The position numbers and the translations under genes are program-made. This document shows, piece by piece, positions 34,658 through 44,513 of a DNA stretch of 60,616 bases. Origin of the DNA: a virus (lineage: Duplodnaviria; Caudoviricetes); IMG/VR virus record IMGVR_UViG_3300037258_000413, positions 1 through 60,616 of that record; one strand, given 5' to 3'. The notes under the pieces were generated by a model that had not been told where the DNA came from, searched no databases, and saw only the letters and a program-made list of their open reading frames with translations. Position 1 is the stretch's first letter. Each line of letters opens with the position of its first letter.

Positions 34658-34918
34658 GTGGCGGCAACCTTCACCCCCCCGCGCACCCGAAACCGCACCC
34701 CCCTCGCGGCCAGGGCGCGCACCGCTTTCGGGGCAGCGGTGACCCGAAGCGCGACGGTGGTCAGCGCGGTGCGGCACCGGCACCGGAGCCCCGCACTGAC
34801 CATCGCCGGACTCGGCTGCATCGACGGCGCCGCATGGACCACCTTCGGGTGGGGCGCGACGTGGCTCGCCGTCGGCGTCAGCCTCCTGCTCTACGACTGG
34901 TCACGGGACGACCAGTGA
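34658..34918 (+). CDS. Small two-TM protein preceding portal
   Basis: GGAGG RBS; GTGA overlap with portal. Confidence 0.7.
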   Translation: MAATFTPPRTRNRTPLAARARTAFGAAVTRSATVVSAVRHRHRSPALTIAGLGCIDGAAWTTFGWGATWLAVGVSLLLYDWSRDDQ

Positions 34919-37197
34919 GCCTCATCGGGAAAGCCCTACGCCCCCGCAACGCGGGGAGGCCGCCGATCCCGCTGGACAACGGCCGTGCGTTCCGCCGGGG
35001 TGGTCACGCCTTCAACCTCGGCAACGGCCGGGGCAGCGCCGAGACCCACATGCGGCAGTACGGGGCCTCGGGGACGATCTACGGCATCGTCAGCCTGCTC
35101 GCCGAGTCGGCTGCGACCTCCGTCTGGCACCTCTACAAGAAGCCCCCCGTGGACGGGCGGCGCCGGTACACCACCGGGGATCAGGGCTCTGATCAGCGTG
35201 TGGAAGTGGTCCAGCACGCGGCGATCCAGCTGTGGAACAACCCGAACGACTGGCACTCAGGGTTCGAATACCGGGAGGGCTGCCAGCAGCACGAGGAACT
35301 CACCGGGGAAACCTTCTGGGTCCTGGACACCGAGGTCGGGTTCCCGACCTCCATGTGGTACGTGCGCCCAGACCGCATGGAGCCGATCCCGGACCCGGAC
35401 CTGTTCCTGACCGGCTGGATCTACACCGGGCCGAACGGCGAGCAGGTCCCCCTGCGCGACAACGAAGTGATCCTCGAGAAGCGCCCCGACCCGCTCGACC
35501 CGTACCGCGGCGCCGGCCCCGTGGCGTCGATCATGCCGAATATTCAGCAGCAGAGATACGCCACCGAATACCAGCGCAACCTTTTTTTGAACGGGGCCGA
35601 CCCGGGCGGCGTGATCACCGTGCCGAACCGCCTATCAGAGCCCGAGTTCGACGAGCTCATCGACCGGTGGCGCGAAGGCCACCGCGGCGTCGCCCGCGCC
35701 GGGCACGTCGGGGTCCTGGAGGGCGGCGCGCAGTGGGAGGCCAACGCCCACACGAACAAGGACATGGAATACGGGCAGCTCAGGCTCGCCAACCGGGACG
35801 AGCTGCGCGAGGCGTGGCGCATCCACAAAGCGATGATGGGCACCTCCGACGACGTCAACCGCGCGGATGCGCAAACCGCGGAGGAGGTGTTCGTCGCCTG
35901 GCAGACCCTCCCGAGGCTCAACCGCAGGCGCGACACCCTGAACTCCAAGCTGCTGCCGCTGTTCAACCGCGCCGACAAGACCATGCAGTTCGACTACGAG
36001 GACCCCTCGCCCGTCAACGCCGAGACCGCCGCGAACGAGCTGCTCACCAAGTCCCAAGCCGCCCAAGCGCTCGTGACGGCCGGGTACGACCCGCACGACG
36101 TCCTGGAGACCGTCGGGCTCCCGGACATGGACGTCGTCGAGACCGCGACCCAGCAGCCGGCCCTTCCCCCGGGCTGGGTGCCCCCGATGGGACCCGGCGG
36201 CCAGCAGGGCGGCGCTTCCCCCGGCGGCGGCTTCGGGGAGCCGGGCCCCGGGGAGTCGGAGAAGACCGCAGACACGCCCCCGGGCCAAGGCGGCAAGCCC
36301 GGCAACTGGACGCGCGAGATCATCAACGTCCGCGCTGCCGCCCCGGCCGCGCAGCCGGCGCAGACGCCCGCGCAGCATGATCTTGCGAAGGTCGACGAGC
36401 AGTGGAAGCGCGCACTGGCGTCCCTCGTCAGCGCCTACCTCGCGCAGATCGTCCCGGCGCAGCGCGAACGGCTGCTCGAGCAGATCCGGGACCTGGTCGA
36501 CGGCGGCAACCTCACCGCGCTCGCGAACCTCTCGGTGGACTCCGGGAGCGGCGCGGCGCTGATCCTGACGGCGATGACCGGGATGGCCTCGACCGCGGCC
36601 AAGACCGCGGCCGCCGAAGCCGCGCGGCAGGGCGCGCACAACGTCCAGCCCCGGCAGCCCGACGCGGCGACCCTCGACCGGATCGCCACCATCGTCGCCG
36701 CCCTCCAAGCCCGCCAGCTGGCCCTGTTGGCCGGCGCGGAGGCCGCACGCGTCGCGGCGCCGGGCAGCAGCGGGCAGCAGGTCGCGGACAAGGTGCGCAC
36801 GTTCCTGCTCGCGCTCAGCTCGGCGTTCCTGACCGCGCGGCTCGCCGGGGCGCTCTCGGCCGCGCAGAACAACGCCCGGCTGGCGACGTTCGCGGCCGGG
36901 CCGCGCGCGGAGCTCGTGGCGACCGAGATGCACGACACGAACACCTGTCCGGCGTGCGAGGACGTCAACGGCCGCGAGTTCGGGTTCACGGACGACCCCG
37001 CGGCGCTCGCGGCGGCTTCGGCCGCGTACCCGGCGGGCGGCTACGTCGGGTGCGCCGGCGGTGATCGGTGCCGGGGGACGCTGCTCGCCGACTACTCCGC
37101 GGCGAGGAGCAAGACGCCGGAGACGGGCGAGCTCGGCGCGCTGCTGCAGCGAATCCTGAGTGACGGATATATGCCTATTGAGATCGGGAGCCGCTGA
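34915..37197 (+). CDS. HK97-type portal fused to a MuF/gp7-like minor head domain
   Basis: ELTGETFW, RPDRM, YRGAGP, FLNGADPGGVI; Pro/Gly linker; C-terminal DTNTCPAC...CAGGDRCRG. Confidence 0.9.
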   Translation: MSLIGKALRPRNAGRPPIPLDNGRAFRRGGHAFNLGNGRGSAETHMRQYGASGTIYGIVSLLAESAATSVWHLYKKPPVDGRRRYTTGDQGSDQRVEVVQHAAIQLWNNPNDWHSGFEYREGCQQHEELTGETFWVLDTEVGFPTSMWYVRPDRMEPIPDPDLFLTGWIYTGPNGEQVPLRDNEVILEKRPDPLDPYRGAGPVASIMPNIQQQRYATEYQRNLFLNGADPGGVITVPNRLSEPEFDELIDRWREGHRGVARAGHVGVLEGGAQWEANAHTNKDMEYGQLRLANRDELREAWRIHKAMMGTSDDVNRADAQTAEEVFVAWQTLPRLNRRRDTLNSKLLPLFNRADKTMQFDYEDPSPVNAETAANELLTKSQAAQALVTAGYDPHDVLETVGLPDMDVVETATQQPALPPGWVPPMGPGGQQGGASPGGGFGEPGPGESEKTADTPPGQGGKPGNWTREIINVRAAAPAAQPAQTPAQHDLAKVDEQWKRALASLVSAYLAQIVPAQRERLLEQIRDLVDGGNLTALANLSVDSGSGAALILTAMTGMASTAAKTAAAEAARQGAHNVQPRQPDAATLDRIATIVAALQARQLALLAGAEAARVAAPGSSGQQVADKVRTFLLALSSAFLTARLAGALSAAQNNARLATFAAGPRAELVATEMHDTNTCPACEDVNGREFGFTDDPAALAAASAAYPAGGYVGCAGGDRCRGTLLADYSAARSKTPETGELGALLQRILSDGYMPIEIGSR

Positions 37198-38447
37198 TGG
37201 AACGCGGAGCACGGCCGATGCGCTCGACGCGGCGGCTGCAGAATCTCCAGACCACCCTGCCGAAGTGGTGGTCGATCACCAACCGCACCGAAGCCGGCGC
37301 CCCGACCCTCGTGAGCATCTACGACGAGATCGGGTTCTACGGCGTCCCGGCGGGCCAGTTCCTCGCGGAGCTCTCGGGCATCGACGGAGACATCGACCTG
37401 CACCTGAACTCGCCGGGCGGGGACGTCTTCGACGCGATCGCGATCTACAACAGCCTCAAGGCCAGGCGCGGCACCGTCGGAATCATCGTGGACGGCCTGG
37501 CCGCGTCCGCCGCGTCGTTCATCGCACAGGCCGCCTCCCCGGGGCACCTCGAGATGGCGCCCTTCAGCACGATGATGATCCACGACGGTTTCGCCGCCGG
37601 GATCGGCAACGCCGCGGACATGCGGGACCTCGCCGACCAGCTCGACGACGCCTCCGACAACATCGCCGGGATCTACGCCGCCCGCACCGGCAAGCCCGCC
37701 GCGTACTGGCGCGCCAAGATGCAGGCGACCACCTGGTACAAGGACGCCGAAGCCGTAGCCGACGGTCTCGCGGACCGGGTCCACGGCCAGGACGACGCCA
37801 CCCGCAACGCCTGGGACCTCTCGGTGTTCAACGCCGGCAGCGGGCCGAAGCCTCCGGCCGGGGACACCCCGCTCGGGGACGGTTGGGTGCGGGGCGCGGA
37901 CGGCAAGGAGCGGTTCGACCCGGACGGCGACGGCGACGACGACGGCACGCCGGAGGGCGACACCGACAACGACTACTTCGACAAGTCCGGCAAGCAGATC
38001 AAGGAGATCCCGCCCAAGCCCGGCTCGAAGAAGCAGACCCCCGAGAAGACCGCGGACACCGCACCCGTGGTGATTCAGAACGCTGACGCGGGCGCCGACG
38101 GGTCCGACTGGGACGCCTCGAAGGCCTGGCACAACGGCTCCCAAGCCGACGACCCCGCCGCGTTCTTCGAGGGGATCTGCGCCGGCAAGAAGAACGGCGA
38201 CCCCTCGACGCAGGCCGGGTGGGCGCTGCCGTACAAGTACCACCCGTCCGACTCCCCGAACGCCGCCGGGGTGCACGCCGCTCTCGCTCGTCTTTCCTCG
38301 ACCGAGGGCCTGATCAACAAGACCGAGGCCAAGTCAACCCTCGAAGCCGCCATGAAGAAGATCAACCCGGACTACAAGCCGGGCGACGCACTGGACGGCG
38401 GCCTCCTGGCGGCCGTCCTGACTTCGGGCCTGAAAGGGGCTAGATAG
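37197..38447 (+). CDS. ClpP-type head maturation protease with C-terminal extension
   Basis: IYDEIG, LNSPGGDVFDAIAIYN, DGLAASAAS, MMIH, EAVADGLAD. Confidence 0.93.
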   Translation: MERGARPMRSTRRLQNLQTTLPKWWSITNRTEAGAPTLVSIYDEIGFYGVPAGQFLAELSGIDGDIDLHLNSPGGDVFDAIAIYNSLKARRGTVGIIVDGLAASAASFIAQAASPGHLEMAPFSTMMIHDGFAAGIGNAADMRDLADQLDDASDNIAGIYAARTGKPAAYWRAKMQATTWYKDAEAVADGLADRVHGQDDATRNAWDLSVFNAGSGPKPPAGDTPLGDGWVRGADGKERFDPDGDGDDDGTPEGDTDNDYFDKSGKQIKEIPPKPGSKKQTPEKTADTAPVVIQNADAGADGSDWDASKAWHNGSQADDPAAFFEGICAGKKNGDPSTQAGWALPYKYHPSDSPNAAGVHAALARLSSTEGLINKTEAKSTLEAAMKKINPDYKPGDALDGGLLAAVLTSGLKGAR

Positions 38448-39883
38448 TGGCACCCAAGATGATGGTCCCGACGGACAGCGCGGGGCTGATGGACCTGCTG
38501 TCCGACGAGACGCGCCTGAAGGCGTATTTCGAGCGGGACGCGGTGGCGGACGGGACGACCAAGGAGTTCCTCGACTCGTACGCGAAGGACTACCTCAAGC
38601 GGAACCCGGAGACGGTCGACGACGTCCGCGACCAGGTCCAGTCCGTGATCTTCGACATGCTGCGCGACGGGCACGGCTCCAAGCGCGGGCCGAAGCTCGG
38701 CGTCTCGCTCGCCAACGGCTCCCCGGAGCTCACGGTCGACGGCACCGCCAGGGTCTCGAAGGGCCGCGGCGCGGTCTACAACAAGACCTCCGCCGGCGCG
38801 CAGCTCGAGCGGGCGTACAAGCCGCAGGACCGCTTCAACAGCATGGGCGAGTACTGCAAGGCGATCTTCGAGCTGCGCTCCCCGTCGACCCGGTCGGACC
38901 GTGACGAGATCATCCGGAAGCTCGACAACGTCCGGACGTTCCAGAACAGCTTCTCCTCCGAGGAGCCGGGCGCCGGCGGATTCCTCATCCCCGAGATCAT
39001 GCGGTCCGAGCTCCTGCAGCTCGCCCTCGAGGAAGCGATCGTCCGCAACAAGGCGACCGTCATCCCGATGTCCACGCTCCGGGTGCCGATCCCGACGGTC
39101 GACGACACGAGCCACTCCACCAGCGTGTTCGGCGGCATCGTCTTCTACTGGACCGAAGAAGCCGCACAGATGGCCGAGAGCCAGGCGACTTTCGGCCGCG
39201 TCACACTGGATGCCAAGAAGCTGACAGGCTTCTTCAAGGTCCCGGCGGAACTCCTCGACGACGCCCCGGCGTTCGGCGCGTGGTTCGACGAGCGCGTCCC
39301 CGCGGGCCTCGCGTGGTTCGAAGACATCGCATTCATGACCGAGAGCGGCGCGGGGGTGCCGCAGGGGTTCATCAACTCCCCGGCGTCCATTCAGGTCCCC
39401 AAGCAGTCCGGCCAGACCACCGGCACCATCGTGTGGGAAAACCTCGTCGGCATGTACGCGAGGATGCTCCCCACGTCGCTGAAGAACGCGGTGTGGCTGG
39501 CCTCGATCGATACCTTCCCTCAGTTGGCCACGATGGCGCTGTCGGTGGGCACCGGGGGTGGCCCGGTGTGGATCGGCGGCTGGGCGCAGCCCGGCTCCGA
39601 AATGCCCCCCATGACCATCCTGGGCCGTCCGGTGATCTTCACCGAGAAGACGCCGGCGCTGAGCACCACGGGCGACATCAACTTCGTTGATCTCTCGTAC
39701 TACCTGATCGGCGACCGCCAGCAGGTCCGAGTGGACAGCTCGGAGCACTTCCTGTTCCAGAACAACCAGGTTGCCTACCGCCTCATCGAGCGCGTCGACG
39801 GTCGCCCGTGGCTCAACAGCCCCCTGACCCCCCATAACGGCGGCCCCACCCTGTCGCCGTTCGTCCAGATCGCGACCCGGTAA
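38447..39883 (+). CDS. Major capsid protein (HK97 fold)
   Basis: GGFLIPE, WTEE, F..VTL..KKL, ELLDD, ILGRPV, R...RVDG. Confidence 0.93.
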   Translation: MAPKMMVPTDSAGLMDLLSDETRLKAYFERDAVADGTTKEFLDSYAKDYLKRNPETVDDVRDQVQSVIFDMLRDGHGSKRGPKLGVSLANGSPELTVDGTARVSKGRGAVYNKTSAGAQLERAYKPQDRFNSMGEYCKAIFELRSPSTRSDRDEIIRKLDNVRTFQNSFSSEEPGAGGFLIPEIMRSELLQLALEEAIVRNKATVIPMSTLRVPIPTVDDTSHSTSVFGGIVFYWTEEAAQMAESQATFGRVTLDAKKLTGFFKVPAELLDDAPAFGAWFDERVPAGLAWFEDIAFMTESGAGVPQGFINSPASIQVPKQSGQTTGTIVWENLVGMYARMLPTSLKNAVWLASIDTFPQLATMALSVGTGGGPVWIGGWAQPGSEMPPMTILGRPVIFTEKTPALSTTGDINFVDLSYYLIGDRQQVRVDSSEHFLFQNNQVAYRLIERVDGRPWLNSPLTPHNGGPTLSPFVQIATR

Positions 39884-39889
39884 CGCGGC

Positions 39890-40159
39890 ATGAAGCAGCG
39901 TCAGATCCAGATCGCCGAGCTCACCCCGAAGCTCGTGCGCGAAGCCCTCAAGAAGGGCGAGCGCCTGGTCGTGTTCGACGCCGGCGAACCGATCGCGTTG
40001 ATCTCGGGCGCGGCCGCGGAGCTGCAGCGCCACCGGGACTACTTCGTGCACTACCCGCACGACCCGTCCGAGTGCTTCAACACCTGCTGGCGCCACGACG
40101 GATCCGCCGAGCAGGACCCGGCGGCGCCCGTCGAGGAGCCGGTCCTCTTAGAGGCCTGA
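39890..40159 (+). CDS. Small protein with Phd/YefM-like N-terminus
   Basis: IQIAEL...VREALKKGERLVVFDAGEPIALIS. Confidence 0.5.
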   Translation: MKQRQIQIAELTPKLVREALKKGERLVVFDAGEPIALISGAAAELQRHRDYFVHYPHDPSECFNTCWRHDGSAEQDPAAPVEEPVLLEA

Positions 40160-40276
40160 TCGAGTACGGGAGCGCCTCGGCCGCAATCCTGCGGTCTGGT
40201 CCCGCGCCCGGAGTGAGCAGCTCGGCAGTGACGCCCCGGGCCAAGACAAGAGTCGGTTTCGAGGAGGTGGCCAGCC

Positions 40277-40729
40277 ATGGCTGGTATGGAAGGGCTCGGT
40301 CGCGTCAACAACGCGATCGCCAGCGGCTCGGGCGTCAACTTCAGCATGAAGCAGTGCTCTGCCGTCGAAGTGCTCTGTCTGGCGTCGGGCGCATCGAGCG
40401 TCGCGATCACCGCGTCCACCGCGTACTCCGGTGGCACCACGGTGAACTTCACGACCGCGAACGGCTTCGGGCAGGGGGCGCACTGGTACCAGGCGGTCAC
40501 CGCCACCGGCACGTCGGCATGGACCAAGCAGCCGGCCGTCTGGACATCGAACTCGCTCGCCCTGGCCGGGACGACCGGATATCAGTCGGTGTTCCACATC
40601 TTCTGCTCGGAGCTGGCCGACACCTACGACTACCTGAACATCACCGGCACGAACTGCGGCGTGATCATCTTGCCGTATGACCTGACGGTCTCTCGCACGC
40701 CGGCGAACCTGACGATCCTGGGGGTGTGA
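40277..40729 (+). CDS. Putative capsid decoration/cement protein
   Basis: Beta-rich, follows MCP, strong RBS. Confidence 0.65.
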   Translation: MAGMEGLGRVNNAIASGSGVNFSMKQCSAVEVLCLASGASSVAITASTAYSGGTTVNFTTANGFGQGAHWYQAVTATGTSAWTKQPAVWTSNSLALAGTTGYQSVFHIFCSELADTYDYLNITGTNCGVIILPYDLTVSRTPANLTILGV

Positions 40730-40730
40730 G

Positions 40731-41210
40731 GTGCCTGATTTCATTCAGGGCTCCCAGCTGCGCAGGCTGCTGCTCGGCAACCAGGTCCTCAAGAGCGCGC
40801 TGACGCTCCCGCAGACGGCGACGGGCACCCTGTTCACGGTGTCCGGGGGCGCGGTGCTGGTCACGTCGCTGATCGGCGTGGTGAGCACGGTGGTCCAGTC
40901 CAGCGACCCGGTGCTCTCGCTGGGCACCGCGCCGACGACCGGGACGGCCGAGACCTCCGGCATCGCGACCACCACGGTCCTCACGAGCGCCGAGGTCGGC
41001 TCGATCGTCACGGTCGGCTCCAGCGCCGGCCTCCCGACGGCCCTCGTCGTGATGGCGACCGCGGCGAAGGCGGGCAACGCGGTGTTCCTGGGGACGCCGT
41101 TCGTGGTCTCGGCGGGCACGATCACGTGGACGACGACGGCGAGCAAGACGGGCGCCTTCAACTGGTACCTCACCTACATCCCGCTCGACACCGGCGCATC
41201 GGTGTCCTAA
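40731..41210 (+). CDS. Putative virion structural protein
   Basis: Thr/Val-rich beta protein. Confidence 0.65.
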   Translation: MPDFIQGSQLRRLLLGNQVLKSALTLPQTATGTLFTVSGGAVLVTSLIGVVSTVVQSSDPVLSLGTAPTTGTAETSGIATTTVLTSAEVGSIVTVGSSAGLPTALVVMATAAKAGNAVFLGTPFVVSAGTITWTTTASKTGAFNWYLTYIPLDTGASVS

Positions 41211-41232
41211 GCGTGCAAAGGGGCTGGCGGCT

Positions 41233-41712
41233 GTGTGGGACTGCGACAAGTGCGGCTGTAAATGCATCGCCGCTGGTCTCGATGTGTGTCCGATGTGCTT
41301 TAAGGAGCGTGGAATGCCGAAGGTGACGAGTAGCGGGAGCTCGATCGCGGCGCAGGGACTGTCCGAGGCCGCGCAGACGGCGCCCGCGGAAAGCGCCCCT
41401 GGCGTCGAGGCCGAGCCGCGTGTCGGGATTCCGGTGGCCGTCGGCGAGACCGGCGTGGCCGAGGACCTCGAGGGCGCGTCCGGCGAGCAGGTCGTCCAGG
41501 ACGACGACCCCGAGAAGACCCCGGAGCCCGCAGGGGCGCCCGCGCCGGAGGCGGACGCCGCGGCCGATTCGGCGCCGGACGCCGCGGGCGCCGCGCCGAC
41601 GGCGAAGCCCGCGTCGAAGCGCGCGGCCAAGAAGACCGCCGCACCCTCCGCGCCGCCCCTCCCGGCGGTTCCGGACGGTACGGACGACCCCCAGGAAGGT
41701 GCAGCGAAGTGA
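41233..41712 (+). CDS. Low-complexity Ala/Pro/Glu protein with N-terminal Zn ribbon
   Basis: WDCDKC...CPMC followed by a disordered tail. Confidence 0.6.
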   Translation: MWDCDKCGCKCIAAGLDVCPMCFKERGMPKVTSSGSSIAAQGLSEAAQTAPAESAPGVEAEPRVGIPVAVGETGVAEDLEGASGEQVVQDDDPEKTPEPAGAPAPEADAAADSAPDAAGAAPTAKPASKRAAKKTAAPSAPPLPAVPDGTDDPQEGAAK

Positions 41713-42002
41713 CCGCCAACCCCGAACCCTCCACCGAACCCGCGGCCCCGGCCGCGCCGGTGCCCGCGAGCTCGGTGAGCCCGAACCCGCGCCCCACCAT
41801 CACGCCCGGCGCGTGGGCGGCGGACGCGATCGCGTTCGTCGCGAAGGAGTACAACGCGATGATCCACGAGATCGAGGCGTTGTCCGCGCACGTCCTGCAC
41901 CTCGGCGGCGACCCGAAGCAGGCAGTCGCGCCGAGCACGCCGACCGCGACACCCGACGTGGCCGCCGAAGTAGCGTCCGAGAAGCCCGCTGCGAGCGCCT
42001 GA
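41709..42002 (+). CDS. Hypothetical protein
   Basis: GTGA coupling. Confidence 0.6.
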   Translation: MTANPEPSTEPAAPAAPVPASSVSPNPRPTITPGAWAADAIAFVAKEYNAMIHEIEALSAHVLHLGGDPKQAVAPSTPTATPDVAAEVASEKPAASA

Positions 42003-42286
42003 TGGAGCCGAGCGTCGGCCGCGCCGTCCACTACGTCGCGCACGGCACCCCGGTCCGCGACGACGGGACGCAGGCTTTCCGGCCCGCGTGCCGCGCCGCG
42101 GTCATCACCGAGGTCGGCGAGTACCCCGACGGGATCAGCGACTCGGACCGCAGCCAGATCGCGGTGCCGGTCGGGCTGGCCGTGCTCAATCCGACGGGCC
42201 TGTTCTTCCACCGGGGCGCGGTGCAGAGCGAGCTCGGCCGCGAGGGCGGCACGTGGCACTGGCCCGAGCGTGTAGGCGGCGGCTGA
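42002..42286 (+). CDS. Phage hypothetical protein (PSVGRxVHYV...CRAAVITEV...GTWHWP type)
   Basis: Recognisable motif. Confidence 0.8.
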   Translation: MEPSVGRAVHYVAHGTPVRDDGTQAFRPACRAAVITEVGEYPDGISDSDRSQIAVPVGLAVLNPTGLFFHRGAVQSELGREGGTWHWPERVGGG

Positions 42287-42287
42287 C

Positions 42288-42506
42288 ATGTCCGAGGGCG
42301 GTGTGACCGGGTGGGACCTGTACTCGACGCTCGAGCAGCAGTCCGAGTACGTGACCTTCTACAAGTCGCAGCCGCCCACGAACTGCCCCAACTGCGGCGA
42401 ACCGCTCCGTACGGGGCCTGCGACGACCCCGGGGATCTTGTTCTGCCCCTGGGGGCACTTCCGATATCCGGAGGACTGGGACCCGGAGACGATGGCCGGA
42501 ATGTGA
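42288..42506 (+). CDS. Small Zn-ribbon protein
   Basis: CPNCGEPL...FCPW. Confidence 0.7.
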   Translation: MSEGGVTGWDLYSTLEQQSEYVTFYKSQPPTNCPNCGEPLRTGPATTPGILFCPWGHFRYPEDWDPETMAGM

Positions 42507-42525
42507 TCATGGAGGAGGAGCAAGG

Positions 42526-42807
42526 ATGACCGTGACCAGGCCGACGACGGCCACCGACGCGAACGTCGCGTCCAGCGGTACGAACGTCACCCTGTTCGCT
42601 GCCGCGTCGGGCGCGAACGGCCGCACGATCTTCAACGACTCCACCTCCGTGTTGTACGTCAAGTTCGGGGCGACCGCGTCCACGACCTCCTACACGGTGC
42701 AGATGGCCGCGGGCGCTTACTACGAGTTCCCGCAGCCGACCTACGCCGGGCAGGTCGACGGGATCTGGGCGTCGGCCAACGGGTTCGCGCGAACGACGGC
42801 GTGGTGA
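42526..42807 (+). CDS. Small beta-rich virion protein
   Basis: IFNDSTSVLYVKFG...YAGQVDGIW. Confidence 0.7.
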   Translation: MTVTRPTTATDANVASSGTNVTLFAAASGANGRTIFNDSTSVLYVKFGATASTTSYTVQMAAGAYYEFPQPTYAGQVDGIWASANGFARTTAW

Positions 42808-42811
42808 CCTG

Positions 42812-44503
42812 ATGCCCCTCTACCCCCCCGGCGGCGGCTCCGGCGGTGCGACGTCGGCGGCGCAGTTCTCCGTGGTCGCGCAGGGCGCGAAGGGCGACGG
42901 GAAGCTGTCGAACACCGGGGCCACCAACGGCACCGCGACGGTGACGATCGGCGAGTCGGTCCTGACGTCGGCGGACGTCGGCAAGATCGTCGCGGTGAAG
43001 AACGCCCTGAACACCCAGTCGACCTCGGGGCAGACCACCTCGGTGGGCACGATCACGACGGTCAACAGCGCCACCTCGTTCACCGCGACCTGGAACACCA
43101 TCCCCACCACCACCGCGACCGGGCTGCAGGTCCTGTGGTGCACCGACGACACGGCCGCGATCCAGGCCGCGATCGCCGCCGGTTTCCCCTACGGGCAGGC
43201 GCACGGTCTGTACGAGGTGTTCCTGCCGTCCCCGGCCGGCCTGTTCTACGGCGTCGGGGGCCCGCTGAAGACCACCGACGGAACCAACGCGGTGTTCAAC
43301 TCGCAGCTCACCATCCCGGTCAACGCAGAGGCGAACACCGGGGTCACGATCGTGTTCCGCGGCGTTGGCGACGGCGGCCAAACCCGCTACTGGAACACGA
43401 GCTCGCCGGCGTTCGCCGGTTCCCCGATCGTGTCGTTCGGCGTGTTCACCGGCAGCAGCGCGCAGTCCACGAGCATCACCGGCGGCGGCAACCCGTCGGT
43501 GATCGGCGGTCCCACGGGGAAGAACGGGTACGGGGTGGGGACCCCGACGCCGCTGTACTCCAACGTGTGCGTCGTGTTCCAGGACATCTCGATCCTCACG
43601 ACGCACTCGAACTCCGGCTGGACGTATTCGGCCGCGAACATGTTCGGGGTCGCCCGGTTCCACGCCCGGAGCTTCACGTACGGCACCGTCGGCGTGGTCG
43701 AGCTGTACAACAGCAACTCCGGCGACTTCCAGAACGTGAGCCTCCTGTCCGGCGGCCTTTCGCTCGGGCTGCTGATGCCGTCGAACGGCAACAACGCCTC
43801 CTCCTACCTGAACAACGTGGTGTGCAACGGCGGCTACACCTACGCGCTGCTCGCGACCGAGCACGTGGTGGGCAACGAGGTCACCATCCTGTACTGCTGG
43901 TCCGGGATCTGCCCGTGCGGCTCCTACACGGACTCCGGGTCGAACCCGGTGTCCGCGCTGCACTCGATGTGGTTCGACCAGCTGTGCATCGAAGCGTGCT
44001 CCTACCACGTCAACATCTTCGGCGCCGGAGCCTCCGGGGTCGGCCCGATCGTGCACTTCGTGATCGACAGCGAAGGCGCCATCGAGTTCCGCGACAACCC
44101 GAACGACGGCACCGGCCTGGGGGCCGCGACCGGGGAGATCCGGCTGACCGGCTCGACCTCCGCGCCGTCGCTGACGTTCCCGACCGGGATCCGGATCATC
44201 CGGGAGCAGGTCGCGCCGGGCGTGAACGGGTCGCCTCCGGCGTTGACGGCGAACACGGAGGTGTACAACACGCTGCACCGGCCGGCGACGCTGTATCTGA
44301 CCGGCGGGACGTTCCTGACGACGATCCAGGTGAGCGGGCTCGCGGGTGGCGCGTCGGCGCCGAGTGTGGCGACGGTCGCGGACTTCACGGGCGCGGGCAC
44401 GATCGCGACCCCGTTCCCGGTGCGGCTGGGCCCCGGCGCGTGGATCAAGGTCAACACGTCCAGCGGCACCGCGGTGCCGACCGCCGTCTGGGTCCTGGAC
44501 TGA
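42812..44503 (+). CDS. Tailspike/pectate-lyase-like beta-helix fibre protein
   Basis: GAKGDG...TDDTAAIQAAI...VFLP signature; Asn/Gly/Thr-rich beta composition. Confidence 0.75.
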   Translation: MPLYPPGGGSGGATSAAQFSVVAQGAKGDGKLSNTGATNGTATVTIGESVLTSADVGKIVAVKNALNTQSTSGQTTSVGTITTVNSATSFTATWNTIPTTTATGLQVLWCTDDTAAIQAAIAAGFPYGQAHGLYEVFLPSPAGLFYGVGGPLKTTDGTNAVFNSQLTIPVNAEANTGVTIVFRGVGDGGQTRYWNTSSPAFAGSPIVSFGVFTGSSAQSTSITGGGNPSVIGGPTGKNGYGVGTPTPLYSNVCVVFQDISILTTHSNSGWTYSAANMFGVARFHARSFTYGTVGVVELYNSNSGDFQNVSLLSGGLSLGLLMPSNGNNASSYLNNVVCNGGYTYALLATEHVVGNEVTILYCWSGICPCGSYTDSGSNPVSALHSMWFDQLCIEACSYHVNIFGAGASGVGPIVHFVIDSEGAIEFRDNPNDGTGLGAATGEIRLTGSTSAPSLTFPTGIRIIREQVAPGVNGSPPALTANTEVYNTLHRPATLYLTGGTFLTTIQVSGLAGGASAPSVATVADFTGAGTIATPFPVRLGPGAWIKVNTSSGTAVPTAVWVLD

Positions 44504-44513
44504 GGGGGCGGCG

